A stretch of DNA of 64,000 bases from an uncultured Ornithinimicrobium sp. (GTDB lineage: Bacteria > Actinomycetota > Actinomycetes > Actinomycetales > Dermatophilaceae): assembly GCA_964581125.1 (NCBI GenBank), contig CAZONQ010000002.1, positions 1,147-65,146 on the forward strand. The letters run 5' to 3'. A program made the position numbers and the translations under genes. This document shows, in pieces, positions 9,729 to 20,556 of the stretch; position 1 is the stretch's first letter; each line of letters starts with the position of its first letter. The notes under the pieces were generated by a model, which did no database searches, was not told the origin of the DNA, and saw only the letters and a program-made list of their open reading frames with translations.

Positions 9729-10670
9729 GTGGCCACCGCACCGCCCGGGGAGGCCCCGGCGGCGACGGCCGGCGCGGTGACCGACGGCACGGCACCAGCG
9801 GACACGACCACGCCGGGCGGCGTCCTCACCCGCACCCACGCCGGCTTCGAGGTGCACCTCGACGTCTTCTCCGGTCCCTTCGAGCTGCTCCTCGGCCTCA
9901 TCGCCAAGCACCGCCTCGACGTCACCGAGATCGCCCTGGCCCGGGTCACCGACGAGTTCGTCGCCTACCTCCGCGCCGCCCAGGAGTCCGAGGCTGAGTG
10001 GGACCTGTCGCAGGCCAGCGAGTTCGTCCTCATCGCCGCCACGCTGCTCGACCTCAAGGCCGCCCGGCTCCTGCCGAGCGCCCGCGAGGACGACGAGGAG
10101 GACCTCGCCCTCATCGAGGCGCGCGACCTGCTCTTCGCCCGGCTCCTGCAGTACCGCGCCTTCAAGCAGGTCGCCGACGAGCTGCGCCTGCGGATGGAGG
10201 GGGCGGGGCGCATCTTCGCCCGCGACGTCGGGGTGGAGGAGCGCTTCGCCTCCCTCCTGCCCGAGGTCGTGCTCGGCGTCACGCCCGAGCAGCTGGCGAT
10301 GATCGCCGGCCGCGCGATGATCCCCAAGCCGCCGCCGACCGTCGGCGTCTCCCACCTGCACGCTCCGCAGGTCTCGGTGCGCGAGCAGGCCGCGCTCGTC
10401 GTGGCACGGCTCCGCGAGCACGGGACGGCGACCTTCCGCGACCTCGTCGCCGACGCCGACAGCACCCTGGTCATCGTCGCCCGCTTCCTCGCGCTGCTCG
10501 AGCTCTTCCGCGACACCGTCGTGGTCCTGGACCAGCAGGAGGCGCTGGGGGAGCTCACCGTGCGGTGGACCGGGCCGGACACCGGCCGGGTCGACGTGGG
10601 CCACGAGTTCGACGAGGACGGGGACGTGCACGACATACCCGACACGACGCAGGAGGCGACCGATGGCTGA
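9729..10670 (+). CDS. scpA: Segregation and condensation protein A
   Basis: FEVHLDVFSGPFELLLGLI, SEFVLIAATLLDLKAARLLP, VARFLALLELF. Confidence 0.95.
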   Translation: MATAPPGEAPAATAGAVTDGTAPADTTTPGGVLTRTHAGFEVHLDVFSGPFELLLGLIAKHRLDVTEIALARVTDEFVAYLRAAQESEAEWDLSQASEFVLIAATLLDLKAARLLPSAREDDEEDLALIEARDLLFARLLQYRAFKQVADELRLRMEGAGRIFARDVGVEERFASLLPEVVLGVTPEQLAMIAGRAMIPKPPPTVGVSHLHAPQVSVREQAALVVARLREHGTATFRDLVADADSTLVIVARFLALLELFRDTVVVLDQQEALGELTVRWTGPDTGRVDVGHEFDEDGDVHDIPDTTQEATDG

Positions 10671-11343
10671 CCAGCCGCCCGAGGAGACGGCGCCCGCCGG
10701 GACCACGCCCCACGGGGACGCGCCCGAGGAGGTCGCACCCGACGAGGTCGCGCCCGAGGAGCATCAGGTCGCCTTCGACATCAACGACTTCCCCGGCGGG
10801 GCGCGGTCGGCGGTCGAGGCCGTCCTCATGGTGGTCGACGAGCCGGTCACCGAGGAGGAGCTGGCGACCGCCCTCGAGCTGCCCCTCGAGGACGTCGGCC
10901 GGGTGCTCGACGAGCTGGCGCAGGACTACGCCGAGACCGAGCGGGGGTTCATGCTCCGCCGGCTGGGCGGCGGGTGGCGGGTCTACACGCGGCCGGAGTA
11001 CGCCCCCGTGGTCGAGAAGTTCCTCCTCGGCGGGCGTCAGGCGCGGCTCACCCAGGCGGCCCTGGAGACCCTCGCGGTCATCGCCTACCGGCAGCCGATC
11101 AGCCGCGCACGCATCGGCGCGATCCGCGGCGTCAACGTCGACGGTGTCGTGCGCACCCTGCTCGCCCGCGGCATGGTGACCGAGGTGGGCCAGGACCCGA
11201 CCGCCGGCGCGGTGCTCTACGGCACGACCGACCTCTTCCTCCAGCGTCTCGGGCTGGACTCTCTCGACGACCTGCCGGCACTGGCTCCCTACCTGCCCTC
11301 GGCCGAGGTGCTGGAGGAGCTCGCCGCGGAAGGACTGGCATGA
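10663..11343 (+). CDS. scpB: Segregation and condensation protein B
   Basis: RLTQAALETLAVIAYRQPISR, IRGVNVD, YGTTDLFL, LPALAP. Confidence 0.96.
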   Translation: MADQPPEETAPAGTTPHGDAPEEVAPDEVAPEEHQVAFDINDFPGGARSAVEAVLMVVDEPVTEEELATALELPLEDVGRVLDELAQDYAETERGFMLRRLGGGWRVYTRPEYAPVVEKFLLGGRQARLTQAALETLAVIAYRQPISRARIGAIRGVNVDGVVRTLLARGMVTEVGQDPTAGAVLYGTTDLFLQRLGLDSLDDLPALAPYLPSAEVLEELAAEGLA

Positions 11344-12269
11344 ACGACAGGAAGCGCGACCCCCGCGGCGGAGCCGGCCGCGGTGGCAAGGGCGGCGGCC
11401 AGGGCGGACCCCGGGCCGGCAGGGGCGGCGGACCCCGTCGCCGCCAGCAGGACGGCGGGACGGCCGGACCGCGCAGGGCGGGCCGGGGCGGTCCGCCGCG
11501 CCGGCGGCGCCCGACGCCCACCGCCCCGGTGGACGTCCACGACCCGGAGGGCGTGCGGCTGCAGAAGCTGCTCGCCGGTGCCGGGTTCGGCAGCCGGCGC
11601 GCCTGCGAGAAGCTCATCGAGCAGGGACGCGTCGAGGTCGACGGCACCGTCGTCACCGAGATGGGCGTCCGGGTCGACCCGGCCCGTCAGGTCGTGCGCG
11701 TCGACGGCGACCGGGTGGTCGTCGACACCGACAAGGTCTACCTCGCCTTCAACAAGCCGGCCGGCGTGGTGTCGACGATGCAGGACGACGAGGGGCGGCC
11801 CTCGCTGGCCGACTACGTCGGGCACCTCTCCCAGCGGCTCTTCCACGTCGGGCGGCTCGACTTCGACACCGAGGGCCTGCTGCTGCTGACCAACGACGGC
11901 GAGCTGGCCCACCGGCTGCAGCACCCGGCCTACGGCGTGCCCAAGACCTACGTCGCGCAGGTGCACGGCGTCGTCGCCAGGGACGTGGGCCGTCGGCTCC
12001 GGGAGGGCGTCCAGCTGGAGGACGGCGTGGCGCGGGCCGACTCCTTCCGCCTCGTCGACTCGTTGCCCGGGCACTCGATCGTCGAGGTGGTCCTGCACGA
12101 GGGCCGCAAGCACATCGTGCGCCGGATGCTCGACGAGGTCGGCTACCCCGTGGAGATGCTGGCCCGCACCCAGGTCGGGCCCGTGCACCTCGGCGAGCTG
12201 CGCCCGGGCCGCTACCGGGCCCTCTCGGCCGAGGAGGTGGCCCAGCTCTACCGCGCCGCCGGGCTGTGA
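11340..12269 (+). CDS. rluB: rRNA pseudouridine synthase (RluB/RsuA family)
   Basis: S4 domain RLQKLLA..SRRACE; HVGRLDFDTEGLLLLTNDG; HEGRKHIVRRM. Confidence 0.92.
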   Translation: MNDRKRDPRGGAGRGGKGGGQGGPRAGRGGGPRRRQQDGGTAGPRRAGRGGPPRRRRPTPTAPVDVHDPEGVRLQKLLAGAGFGSRRACEKLIEQGRVEVDGTVVTEMGVRVDPARQVVRVDGDRVVVDTDKVYLAFNKPAGVVSTMQDDEGRPSLADYVGHLSQRLFHVGRLDFDTEGLLLLTNDGELAHRLQHPAYGVPKTYVAQVHGVVARDVGRRLREGVQLEDGVARADSFRLVDSLPGHSIVEVVLHEGRKHIVRRMLDEVGYPVEMLARTQVGPVHLGELRPGRYRALSAEEVAQLYRAAGL

Positions 12270-12309
12270 CCGGTGCGGGACGCCGTCGGCCAGCCGTTAG
12301 GCTGGACGG

Positions 12310-13041
12310 GTGCCTGACACCCCCATCACGATCGCGATCGACGGACCCAGCGGCTCGGGCAAGTCGTCGGTGTCCCGGGCCGTGGCGCGCGAGCTCGGCC
12401 TGGCCTACCTCGACACCGGGGCGATGTACCGTGCGCTCACCTGGTGGTGCCTCGAGCAGGGCCTCGACCTGACCGACCAGGCCGCCGTGGCGACCGCCGC
12501 CCGCGACCTGGACCTCACCATGTCCACCGACCCCGACGCGCCCGGCGTGTCGGTCGCCGGCACCGACGTCACCTCCGCGATCCGGGAGACGCGGATCTCC
12601 AGCCAGGTCTCGGCGGTGGCGACCAACCTCGACGTGCGCGCCGAGCTGCGCCGCCGGCAGCGCGACACCGTGGGGCTGCTGCGCACCACGCACGGGGGAG
12701 CGGTCGTGGAGGGCCGCGACATCACGACCGTCGTGGCCCCCGACGCCGAGCACCGCGTCCTGCTGACCGCCTCCGAGGAGGCACGGCTGGCGCGCCGCAG
12801 CACCGAGCTGCACGGCAGCAGCGGCGAGGAGGCGCTGGCCGCGACCCGCGACCAGGTCCTGCGCCGCGACCGGGACGACGCGACCGTCAGCGCCTTCTTC
12901 GCCCCCGCCGACGGCGTCGTCGGGATCGACACCTCGCACCTGACCTTCGACCAGTCGGTCCGGGCCGTCCTCGACCTCGTCCGGGACGGTGCCGCCGGCG
13001 CCGCACCACCGTCCGCCCCCGACCTCCAGGAGCACCGATGA
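12310..13041 (+). CDS. cmk: Cytidylate kinase
   Basis: [28 protein letters not shown]; TAGGCT -10 box just upstream (probably leaderless). Confidence 0.96.
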   Translation: MPDTPITIAIDGPSGSGKSSVSRAVARELGLAYLDTGAMYRALTWWCLEQGLDLTDQAAVATAARDLDLTMSTDPDAPGVSVAGTDVTSAIRETRISSQVSAVATNLDVRAELRRRQRDTVGLLRTTHGGAVVEGRDITTVVAPDAEHRVLLTASEEARLARRSTELHGSSGEEALAATRDQVLRRDRDDATVSAFFAPADGVVGIDTSHLTFDQSVRAVLDLVRDGAAGAAPPSAPDLQEHR

Positions 13042-13907
13042 GCCTGCCCACCGACCCCGCCGACAAGCTCGCCGCCTACGCGCACCCCGAGCGCCTCGTG
13101 ACCACGGCGTGGCTGGCCGAGCACCTCGGGCAGGAGGGGCTGGTCGTGCTCGAGTCCGACGAGGACGTGCTGCTCTACGACACCGGGCACGTCCCCGGCG
13201 CGCTCAAGCTGGACTGGCACACCGACCTCAACGACCCGCTGACGCGCGACTACGTCGACGGCGAGCGCTTCGCCCAGGTCATGGGGGAGCGCGGCGTCAC
13301 CCGCGACACCACGGTCGTCCTCTACGGCGACAAGTCCAACTGGTGGGCCGCCTACGCGCTGTGGGTCATGACCCTCTTCGGCCACGAGGACGTCCGGCTG
13401 CTGGACGGCGGCCGCGCCGCCTGGGTCGCCGAGGGCCGGGAGATGACGACCGACGTGCCCGAGGTGACGCCCACGTCATACCCGGTGGTGGACCGCGACG
13501 ACGCCACGGCACGCGCCTTCAAGGCCGACGTGCTCGAGCACCTTGGCCGCCCGATGGTCGACGTGCGCAGCCCGGGGGAGTACTCCGGCTCGCTGCTCCA
13601 CATGCCCGACTACCCCCAGGAGGGTGCGATGCGCGGCGGGCACATCCCCGGCGCGCTGTCGGTGCCGTGGGCCCGGGCTGCCAACGACGACGGCACCTTC
13701 AAGAGCCGCGAGGAGCTGGAGGCCATCTACCAGGAGGAGCAGGGGCTGTCGCCGACGGACGACGTCGTGGCCTACTGCCGGATCGGTGAGCGCTCCAGCC
13801 ACACCTGGTTCGTGCTGACGCACCTGCTCGGGTTCGACCGGGTGCGCAACTACGACGGCAGCTGGACCGAGTGGGGCAACTCCGTCGGCGTGCCGGTGGA
13901 GCGCTGA
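13038..13907 (+). CDS. sseA: Thiosulfate/mercaptopyruvate sulfurtransferase (tandem rhodanese)
   Basis: [40 protein letters not shown]. Confidence 0.93.
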   Translation: MSLPTDPADKLAAYAHPERLVTTAWLAEHLGQEGLVVLESDEDVLLYDTGHVPGALKLDWHTDLNDPLTRDYVDGERFAQVMGERGVTRDTTVVLYGDKSNWWAAYALWVMTLFGHEDVRLLDGGRAAWVAEGREMTTDVPEVTPTSYPVVDRDDATARAFKADVLEHLGRPMVDVRSPGEYSGSLLHMPDYPQEGAMRGGHIPGALSVPWARAANDDGTFKSREELEAIYQEEQGLSPTDDVVAYCRIGERSSHTWFVLTHLLGFDRVRNYDGSWTEWGNSVGVPVER

Positions 13908-14389
13908 TGGCAGCCGTCGACGACCGGCAGTCCGACCTTCCGGAGGCGATGGCGGCCCTGGTCGAGGACTTCCACGCCGTGGGCGAGCAGGACCGGCTGC
14001 AGCTGCTCCTGGAGCTGAGCGACGAGCTGCCCGGCCCGCCCGAGCGCTACGCGGGCCGCGTCGACCAGATGGAGCGGGTCGACGAGTGCCAGTCGCCGCT
14101 CTTCCTCGCCGTCGAGGTCGCCGACGACGCCGCACGGACGGTGCACCTGTTCTTCGACGCGCCCCCGGAGGCCCCCACGACACGGGGTTTCGCCGGGATC
14201 CTGCACGAGAGCCTCGACGGACTGCCCGCCGAGGACGTGCTCGCGGTCCCGGACGACGCGCCCTTCCGGTTCGGCCTGTCCGACGCCGTCTCCCCGCTGC
14301 GGATGCGGGGCATGGTCGGCATGCTCAGCCGGATCAAGCGTCAGGTACGGCTGCGCCAGCAGGCCGCGGACGTGGCGGCGGGCACGTGA
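13907..14389 (+). CDS. sufE: SufE family sulfur-acceptor protein
   Basis: [30 protein letters not shown]. Confidence 0.92.
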   Translation: MAAVDDRQSDLPEAMAALVEDFHAVGEQDRLQLLLELSDELPGPPERYAGRVDQMERVDECQSPLFLAVEVADDAARTVHLFFDAPPEAPTTRGFAGILHESLDGLPAEDVLAVPDDAPFRFGLSDAVSPLRMRGMVGMLSRIKRQVRLRQQAADVAAGT

Positions 14390-15930
14390 GCGGGCCGACC
14401 GGGCAGCACGGGCCGGCCGACGACGTCGAGGTCGAGTGGACCGGCGGCATCGACCCCGACGGGTCCGAGGGTGCGCCCGTGGACGACGCCGAGGACGCGC
14501 AGCTCGAGCGGGCGCTGCGTGCCGGTCTGGACCAGTTCGAGCTGTCCGAGGAGGACCTCGCGCTGGTCGAGACCGGCGAGCTCCCGGCCGGGGCGGAGGA
14601 CGAGGCCGAGCACCGGCCCGTCGTCGCCGTGGTCGGACGCCCCAACGTGGGCAAGTCCAGCCTCGTCAACCGCATCCTCGGGCGCCGCGAGGCCGTGGTG
14701 CAGGACGTGCCCGGCGTCACCCGTGACCGCGTCGCCTACGACGCAGAGTGGTCCGGCCGCCGGTTCACCGTCGTCGACACCGGGGGCTGGGAGGTGGACG
14801 CGACCGGCATCCACCTGCGGGTGGCCGAGCAGGCCGAGGTGGCCGTCGAGCTCGCGGACGCGGTCCTCTTCGTGGTGGACGCGGTGGTCGGCGCCACCGA
14901 CACCGACGAACAGGTCGTGCGGCTGCTGCGCCGCTCGGGCAAGCCGGTGATCCTCGTCGCCAACAAGGTCGACGACCAGCGCATGGAGGCCGACGCCGCC
15001 ATGCTGTGGTCGCTCGGCCTCGGCCAGCCCTGGCCGGTCTCCGCGCTCCACGGCCGGGGCGCGGGCGACGTCCTCGACGCGCTGCTCGACGTGCTGCCCG
15101 ACCGGACCTCCGTGCCCGGCGCCTACCCGCGCGGCGGGCCGCGCCGCGTGGCCCTGCTGGGCCGGCCCAACGTCGGCAAGTCCTCGCTGCTCAACCGGCT
15201 CGCGGGAGAGGAGCGCGTCGTCGTCGACGACGTCGCCGGCACGACGCGGGACCCGGTCGACGAGCTGGTCGAGCTCGGCGGCAAGGTATGGCGCTTCGTC
15301 GACACCGCGGGCATCCGCCGCCGGGTGCACCAGACCCGGGGCGCCGACTTCTACGCCTCGCTGCGCACCCAGACGGCGCTCGAGAAGGCGGAGGTGGCGA
15401 TCGTGCTCATCGACGTCTCCGACACGCTCAGCGAGCAGGACGTCCGGGTCGTGCAGCAGGCCGTCGACTCCGGTCGCGCGCTCGTCCTCGCCTTCAACAA
15501 GTGGGACACCCTCGACGAGGAGCGCCAGTACTACCTCGAGCGCGAGATCGAGCGCGACCTCGGCCAGGTCAGCTGGGCCCCCCGGGTCAACATCTCCGCG
15601 GCCACCGGCCGCCACGTGGCCAAGCTGGTCCCCGCCCTGGAGACCTCGCTGGCGTCGTGGGACCGACGCGTGCCGACCTCCCGGCTCAACGCCTTCCTCG
15701 GCGAGGTGGCCGCGGCGCACCCGCACCCGGTGCGCGGGGGCAAGCAGCCGCGGATCCTCTTCGCCACCCAGGCGGACACCCGGCCGCCGAAGTTCGTGGT
15801 CTTCGCCTCCGGCTTCATCGAGGCCGGCTACCGGCGCTTCCTCGAGCGACGGCTGCGCGAGGAGTTCGGCTTCGAGGGCTCCCCGGTCGAGATCTCGGTG
15901 CGCGTGCGGGAGAAGCGCTCCCGGCGCTGA
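14386..15930 (+). CDS. der: Ribosome biogenesis GTPase Der
   Basis: Two G domains ([10 protein letters not shown] twice, DTGG/DTAG, NKVD/NKWD) and a KH-like C-terminus. Confidence 0.97.
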   Translation: MSGPTGQHGPADDVEVEWTGGIDPDGSEGAPVDDAEDAQLERALRAGLDQFELSEEDLALVETGELPAGAEDEAEHRPVVAVVGRPNVGKSSLVNRILGRREAVVQDVPGVTRDRVAYDAEWSGRRFTVVDTGGWEVDATGIHLRVAEQAEVAVELADAVLFVVDAVVGATDTDEQVVRLLRRSGKPVILVANKVDDQRMEADAAMLWSLGLGQPWPVSALHGRGAGDVLDALLDVLPDRTSVPGAYPRGGPRRVALLGRPNVGKSSLLNRLAGEERVVVDDVAGTTRDPVDELVELGGKVWRFVDTAGIRRRVHQTRGADFYASLRTQTALEKAEVAIVLIDVSDTLSEQDVRVVQQAVDSGRALVLAFNKWDTLDEERQYYLEREIERDLGQVSWAPRVNISAATGRHVAKLVPALETSLASWDRRVPTSRLNAFLGEVAAAHPHPVRGGKQPRILFATQADTRPPKFVVFASGFIEAGYRRFLERRLREEFGFEGSPVEISVRVREKRSRR

Positions 15931-15961
15931 GGAGACCGCCCCGGACCACCCTCCGCCACCC

Positions 15962-16023
15962 GTGCACGAGAAGATGACGTGTGCAGGGGACATATCCCCT
16001 GCACACGTCACCTTCGGGTGCAC
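15962..16023. repeat. Long imperfect inverted repeat (REP/MITE-like)
   Basis: 29-bp arms GTGCACGAGAAGATGACGTGTGCAGGGGA / TCCCCTGCACACGTCACCTTCGGGTGCAC, 3 mismatches, 4-nt loop. Confidence 0.85.
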
Positions 16024-16108
16024 AGGTCGGGCCCCGGCGACAGGGTCACGGACGGATTCGGTCCAGCCCCTGTCCATGGGTTATCGTGTTCCTCGCCCTC
16101 ACGGGCCT

Positions 16109-16182
<74 letters not shown>

Positions 16183-16195
16183 CCGAGAATGCGGC

Positions 16196-16226
16196 AGAGC
16201 CCGTCCCGCCCACCGGGACGGGCTCT
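16196..16226. terminator. Hairpin terminator between tRNA-Pro and the convergent VOC gene
   Basis: 13-bp stem AGAGCCCGTCCCG / CGGGACGGGCTCT. Confidence 0.75.
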
Positions 16227-16241
16227 CTCGCGTGCGGCACG

Positions 16242-16724
16242 TCATACCCCGTCCGCGGCCGCCTCGATCTCGGCGATGTCGATCTTGGACTGCCGCAGCA
16301 TCGCCTCGGTGGCGCGGGCCGCGCGGGCCCGGTCGGGGTCGTTGGTGAGCTCGTCCAGCCGGGCCGGGTAGACCTGCCAGGACAGGCCGAACCGGTCCTT
16401 GAGCCAGCCGCACGGGCCGGGCTCGCCACCGTCCGCCAGCAGGGCGTCCCAGAGGCGGTCGGTCTCGGCCTGGTCCTCGGTGCGGAGCACCACCGAGACC
16501 GCCTCGGTGAAGGTGAACTCCGGGCCGCCGTTGAGCGCCGTGAACGGGTGCCCGTCCAGCTCGAACTCGACCGTCATCGTCGACCCGACGGGCTTCTCCG
16601 AGGGGGTGGGGACGGGATACTGCGTGACCGCGAGGATGCGCGAGCGCGGCACCACCGAGGTGTAGAAGCGCGCAGCCTCCTCCGCCTGGTCGTCGAACCA
16701 GAGGCAGGTGCCCAGGGTGGCCAT
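16242..16724 (-). CDS. VOC/PhnB-like (3-demethylubiquinone-9 methyltransferase-like) protein
   Basis: CLWFDDQAEEAARFY, ALNGGP.F.F.EAVS, CGWLKDRFGLSWQV. Confidence 0.93.
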   Translation of the reverse strand: MATLGTCLWFDDQAEEAARFYTSVVPRSRILAVTQYPVPTPSEKPVGSTMTVEFELDGHPFTALNGGPEFTFTEAVSVVLRTEDQAETDRLWDALLADGGEPGPCGWLKDRFGLSWQVYPARLDELTNDPDRARAARATEAMLRQSKIDIAEIEAAADGV

Positions 16725-16825
16725 GATTGCGTCCTTCCGTCGGGCCCGCGGGCGCGGGCCGGTACGAGGACAGACCATCCGAGGACGGCGGGTTCATCGG
16801 TGTGCCGACCTCTACACTGGCGGGT

Positions 16826-17467
16826 ATGTCGACGGGTACGGGGGATGCGCCTCGGACCAGCCGGGACCGCACCGCCCGGCCGGTCAGCCACCGCCTGCTC
16901 ACGGTGCCCAACGTGCTCAGCGTGGTGCGGCTCCTCGGGCTTCCGGTCTACCTGTGGCTGCTCGTCGAGGGTCGGGTCCTGTGGGCGGCGGCCCTCCTCG
17001 TGCTCTCCGGCGTCACCGACTGGCTCGACGGCACGATCGCGCGCCGCTTCGGCCAGGTGAGCCGGCTCGGGCAGCTGCTCGACCCGATCGCCGACCGTCT
17101 CTACATCGCGACGACCCTGCTCAGCCTCGCGTGGTACGACGTCGTCCCCTGGTGGCTCGTCGTGGTCCTCGTCGCCCGCGACGCCTTCATCCTGTCCATG
17201 GCGCCCCTCGTGCGGCACCACCGGCTGCCGATCCCGCCGGTCCACTTCGTGGGCAAGGCCGCGACCTTCAACCTGCTCGCCGCCTTCCCCGTGCTCCTCC
17301 TCGGGCACGTCGACGGCTGGTGGCGCACCGCGGCGCAGGCCACCGGCTGGTCGCTGGTGTGGTGGGGCACCGTCCTCTACTGGGTCACCGGGCTCGTCTA
17401 CGCCTGGCAGGTGCGGGCCATGGTCCGTCAGCGCCGCGAGCTCGTGGGCCGGGGGCCGGGGGTATGA
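16826..17467 (+). CDS. CDP-alcohol phosphatidyltransferase (PgsA2/cardiolipin synthase-like)
   Basis: TVPNVLS..R, TDWLDG.IARR.GQ.S.LG.LLDPIAD. Confidence 0.93.
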   Translation: MSTGTGDAPRTSRDRTARPVSHRLLTVPNVLSVVRLLGLPVYLWLLVEGRVLWAAALLVLSGVTDWLDGTIARRFGQVSRLGQLLDPIADRLYIATTLLSLAWYDVVPWWLVVVLVARDAFILSMAPLVRHHRLPIPPVHFVGKAATFNLLAAFPVLLLGHVDGWWRTAAQATGWSLVWWGTVLYWVTGLVYAWQVRAMVRQRRELVGRGPGV

Positions 17468-18354
17468 GGTTCCCCCGCCTCGGCTCCGCCCAGCGCGACC
17501 CCGACCCCGCGGCGTCGATGGCGCTGCTGGGCGAGGTCCTCGACCCGCCGATCGGGCCCGGCTACCACTCCGCGGCGCAGGCGCGCGTCGAGGCCGGCCT
17601 GCCCGCGTCCTCGGGCTACCGCACCTGGCTGCTGTTCGTCACCTCGCTCGCCCTCGGGGCCCTCGTCACGGTCGCCGCCGTGACCCTGCGGACGCCCGAC
17701 CCGGCGGCCGCCGAGACCCGCCGGCAGCTCATCACCCGGATCGAGGCGGCCCAGGACGCCGGGGACGAGGCGGGCGAGCGCGTCGACCAGCTGCGCGGCG
17801 AGATCCTTGCGATCGAGCAGCAGAGCGCCCGGGAGGCCGAGGGGCCCGAGGCCGGGCGCGCCATCGCGACGGCGGGCCTCGCCGCGGGGGCCCAGGCCGT
17901 GACGGGGCCGGGTGTCGTGCTCACCCTGCAGGACGCGGAGGCGGCGGGGGAGGGGGGCGGTGCGCCCGGGCTGGACACGCCGGCCGAGCGGGTCAACGCC
18001 CGCGACCTGCAGCTGGTGGTCAACGGGCTGTGGAGCGCCGGCGCCGAGGCGGTGTCGGTCAACGGTCACCGGCTGACGAGCATGTCCGCGATACGCTTCG
18101 CGGGCGAGGCGATCATCGTGGACTTCCGCAGCCTGGCACCTCCCTACGAGGTGCGGGCGATCGGCGATCCCGAGCGCCTCGCCGCCGAGACGTCCTCGGG
18201 CGTCACCGGTGCCTACCTCGCCGAGCTGCGCAACCAGCTCGGGATCGGCTCGCAGGTGACCGTGGCCCAGGACGTGACGATCCCGGCGGCCGAGCGGCTG
18301 ACGACGCGCTACGGTCATGTGCCGGACGAGAGCACGGAGGACGACGCACGATGA
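17464..18354 (+). CDS. DUF881 domain protein
   Basis: VTGPGVVLTL, DLQLVVNGLWSAGAEAVSVNGHRL. Confidence 0.9.
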   Translation: MRFPRLGSAQRDPDPAASMALLGEVLDPPIGPGYHSAAQARVEAGLPASSGYRTWLLFVTSLALGALVTVAAVTLRTPDPAAAETRRQLITRIEAAQDAGDEAGERVDQLRGEILAIEQQSAREAEGPEAGRAIATAGLAAGAQAVTGPGVVLTLQDAEAAGEGGGAPGLDTPAERVNARDLQLVVNGLWSAGAEAVSVNGHRLTSMSAIRFAGEAIIVDFRSLAPPYEVRAIGDPERLAAETSSGVTGAYLAELRNQLGIGSQVTVAQDVTIPAAERLTTRYGHVPDESTEDDAR

Positions 18355-18683
18355 TCCCGGTCCTGGGCCTGGTCCTGGGCGTGGCGCTCGGGCTCCTGGT
18401 CAGCCCCGAGGTGCCGCTGTGGCTGCAGCCCTACCTGCCGATCGCCGTCATCGCGGCCCTCGACGCCGTCTTCGGCGCGACGCGGGCGGCGCTGGAGGGC
18501 ATCTTCAACGACCGGGTGTTCGTCATCTCCTTCCTCTCCAACGTCGTCGTCGCCGGGCTCATCGTCTTCCTGGGCAACCAGCTCGGCGTCGGCGCGCAGC
18601 TGTCGACCGGCGTGGTCGTCGTGCTCGGGCTGCGCATCTTCTCCAACGTCGCCGCGATCCGGCGCCACCTGCTGGGGGCCTGA
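18351..18683 (+). CDS. Small basic protein (DUF1290/Sbp)
   Basis: PYLPIAVIAALDAVFG, FVISFLSN, GLRIFSN.AAIRR. Confidence 0.92.
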   Translation: MIPVLGLVLGVALGLLVSPEVPLWLQPYLPIAVIAALDAVFGATRAALEGIFNDRVFVISFLSNVVVAGLIVFLGNQLGVGAQLSTGVVVVLGLRIFSNVAAIRRHLLGA

Positions 18684-19486
18684 TGGCCGGACCGACGAGG
18701 AGGACGTGGCGCCCGTCGTGGCGCGGCGGACGTCCCACCGGCCCGCAGCCGACCCCCGAGCAGGCGCGCCGGCGGCTCCGTGCCGTCGTCGGCCGGCTCC
18801 GCCCGGCCCGGGGACAGCTCATCGCCGCCGGCCTGCTGGCGCTGCTCGGGGTCGCCCTCGTGGCCCAGGTCCGCAGCGCCGACGACGCCGGGCTGGGGCA
18901 GCTGCGCCAGTCCGAGCTCGTGGCGCTGCTCGACGACGCGTCCGAGCGGGTCGACGCGCTGCAGGACGAGGTCCGCCAGCTCGAGGACGACAAGGAGCGC
19001 CTGCAGGGCATCGAGGGCGACGAGGCCGCGGCGCGGGCGGCCCAGGACCGGCTCGACTCCTACGCCATCCTGGCGGGCACCGTGCCGGTCGAGGGGCCGG
19101 GCATCGAGGTCTACGTCAACGACCCGGAGGGCGAGGTGACCCAGACGATGCTGCTCGACGCCATCCAGGAGCTGCGCGACGCCGGCGCGGAGGCCATCCA
19201 GATCGGGTCCCACCGGGTGGTCGCCTCCAGCTACGTCGGCGTCGACGCCGAGGGCGGGGTCACCCTCGACGGGAGCACGCTCGTGCCGCCCTACCGGATC
19301 AGCGCGATCGGCGGCGCCCACACGCTCGCGGGGGCGATGGCCATCCCCGGAGGGTTCTCCGACAGCGTGCGCGGCGTGGGCGGGACCGTCCAGGTGGTGG
19401 AGTCGGAGTCGCTGGTCATCGACGCGTTGCACGAGGAGTCGGAGCCTCGTTACGCTCAGCCCGTCCCCTCCGCCCCCGAGCCCTGA
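18683..19486 (+). CDS. DUF881 domain protein
   Basis: LAGTVPVEGPGI, LDAIQELRDAGAEAIQI, RVVASS. Confidence 0.9.
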   Translation: MAGPTRRTWRPSWRGGRPTGPQPTPEQARRRLRAVVGRLRPARGQLIAAGLLALLGVALVAQVRSADDAGLGQLRQSELVALLDDASERVDALQDEVRQLEDDKERLQGIEGDEAAARAAQDRLDSYAILAGTVPVEGPGIEVYVNDPEGEVTQTMLLDAIQELRDAGAEAIQIGSHRVVASSYVGVDAEGGVTLDGSTLVPPYRISAIGGAHTLAGAMAIPGGFSDSVRGVGGTVQVVESESLVIDALHEESEPRYAQPVPSAPEP

Positions 19487-19573
19487 GGCGACGACTAAGG
19501 TAGCCGTACCCGACCATGGCCGGTCGCCCCGCGGGGGCGCCGCCCGTTCCTTTCCAAGGAGAGCAGGAGAGCG

Positions 19574-19963
19574 ATGAGCAGCCTCGAGTACCCGGACGAC
19601 CTGCGCTACACCTCCGACCACGAGTGGGTCCGCGACCAGGGCGACGGCGTGGTGCGCGTGGGGATCACGGCCTACGCCCAGGACGCGCTGGGCGACGTCG
19701 TCTACGTGTCCCTGCCGGGCGTGGGTGACACCGTCAGCCCCGGCGACGCCGTCGGCGAGGTGGAGTCGACCAAGTCGGTCAGCGACATCTACGCCCCGGT
19801 CGCCGGCGAGATCACCGCCGTCAACGAGAGCCTCGACGCCACGCCGGAGCTGCTCAACACCGACAGCTACGGCGAGGGCTGGATGTACGAGGTACGCGTC
19901 GAGGACCCCTCCGTCCTCGACGGCCTCCTCGACGCGAGCGGCTACCAGGCCCAGCTCGACTGA
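19574..19963 (+). CDS. gcvH: Glycine cleavage system H protein
   Basis: YTSDHEWV, GITAYAQDALGD, EVESTKSVSD (lipoyl Lys), YGEGW. Confidence 0.97.
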   Translation: MSSLEYPDDLRYTSDHEWVRDQGDGVVRVGITAYAQDALGDVVYVSLPGVGDTVSPGDAVGEVESTKSVSDIYAPVAGEITAVNESLDATPELLNTDSYGEGWMYEVRVEDPSVLDGLLDASGYQAQLD

Positions 19964-20100
19964 GCACCGGGGGTCGACGCACCGCAGCAGCGGGGACGTC
20001 GGCACCCTCCACTACAGTGGGGGACCGGAGGTCGCAGCCGCGGCCCCCGGTCCCTTCCGTCCACCGGACACCAAGGATTCACCCGAGGAAGGTCACCCAC

Positions 20101-20556
20101 GTGAGCGACCGCGACCGCGAGCACCACGAGTTCGGCACCGATCCGACCACGGCGAGGATCCCGCACGGCGCGGACGTGCCGCCGGCGGAGTACACCTTCG
20201 ACGACGAGGTGCCGCGCCTGTCGCCGGAGGACCAGCGCACCGTCGACGCGCTGCGTCCCGGCACGGCGCTGCTCATCGTGCTCCGGGGCCCCAACACCGG
20301 GGCGCGCTTCCTCCTCGACGCCGACGAGGTCACGTCCGGGCGGCACCCCAGCAGCGACATCTTCCTCGACGACGTGACGGTCTCGCGCCGGCACGCGGTG
20401 TTCGCCCGGCAGGACGACGGCTACGTCGTGCGCGACGTCGGCTCGCTCAACGGCACCTACGTCAACCGGCAGCGGATCGACGAGGCGCTCCTGCACCCCC
20501 GTGACGAGGTGCAGATCGGCAAGTTCCGGCTCGTCTACTACCTCGGCCGCTCGTGA
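20101..20556 (+). CDS. garA: FHA domain protein (GarA/OdhI-like)
   Basis: GPNTGARFLL, GRHPSSDIFLDDVTVSRRHA, DVGSLNGTYVN. Confidence 0.9.
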   Translation: MSDRDREHHEFGTDPTTARIPHGADVPPAEYTFDDEVPRLSPEDQRTVDALRPGTALLIVLRGPNTGARFLLDADEVTSGRHPSSDIFLDDVTVSRRHAVFARQDDGYVVRDVGSLNGTYVNRQRIDEALLHPRDEVQIGKFRLVYYLGRS

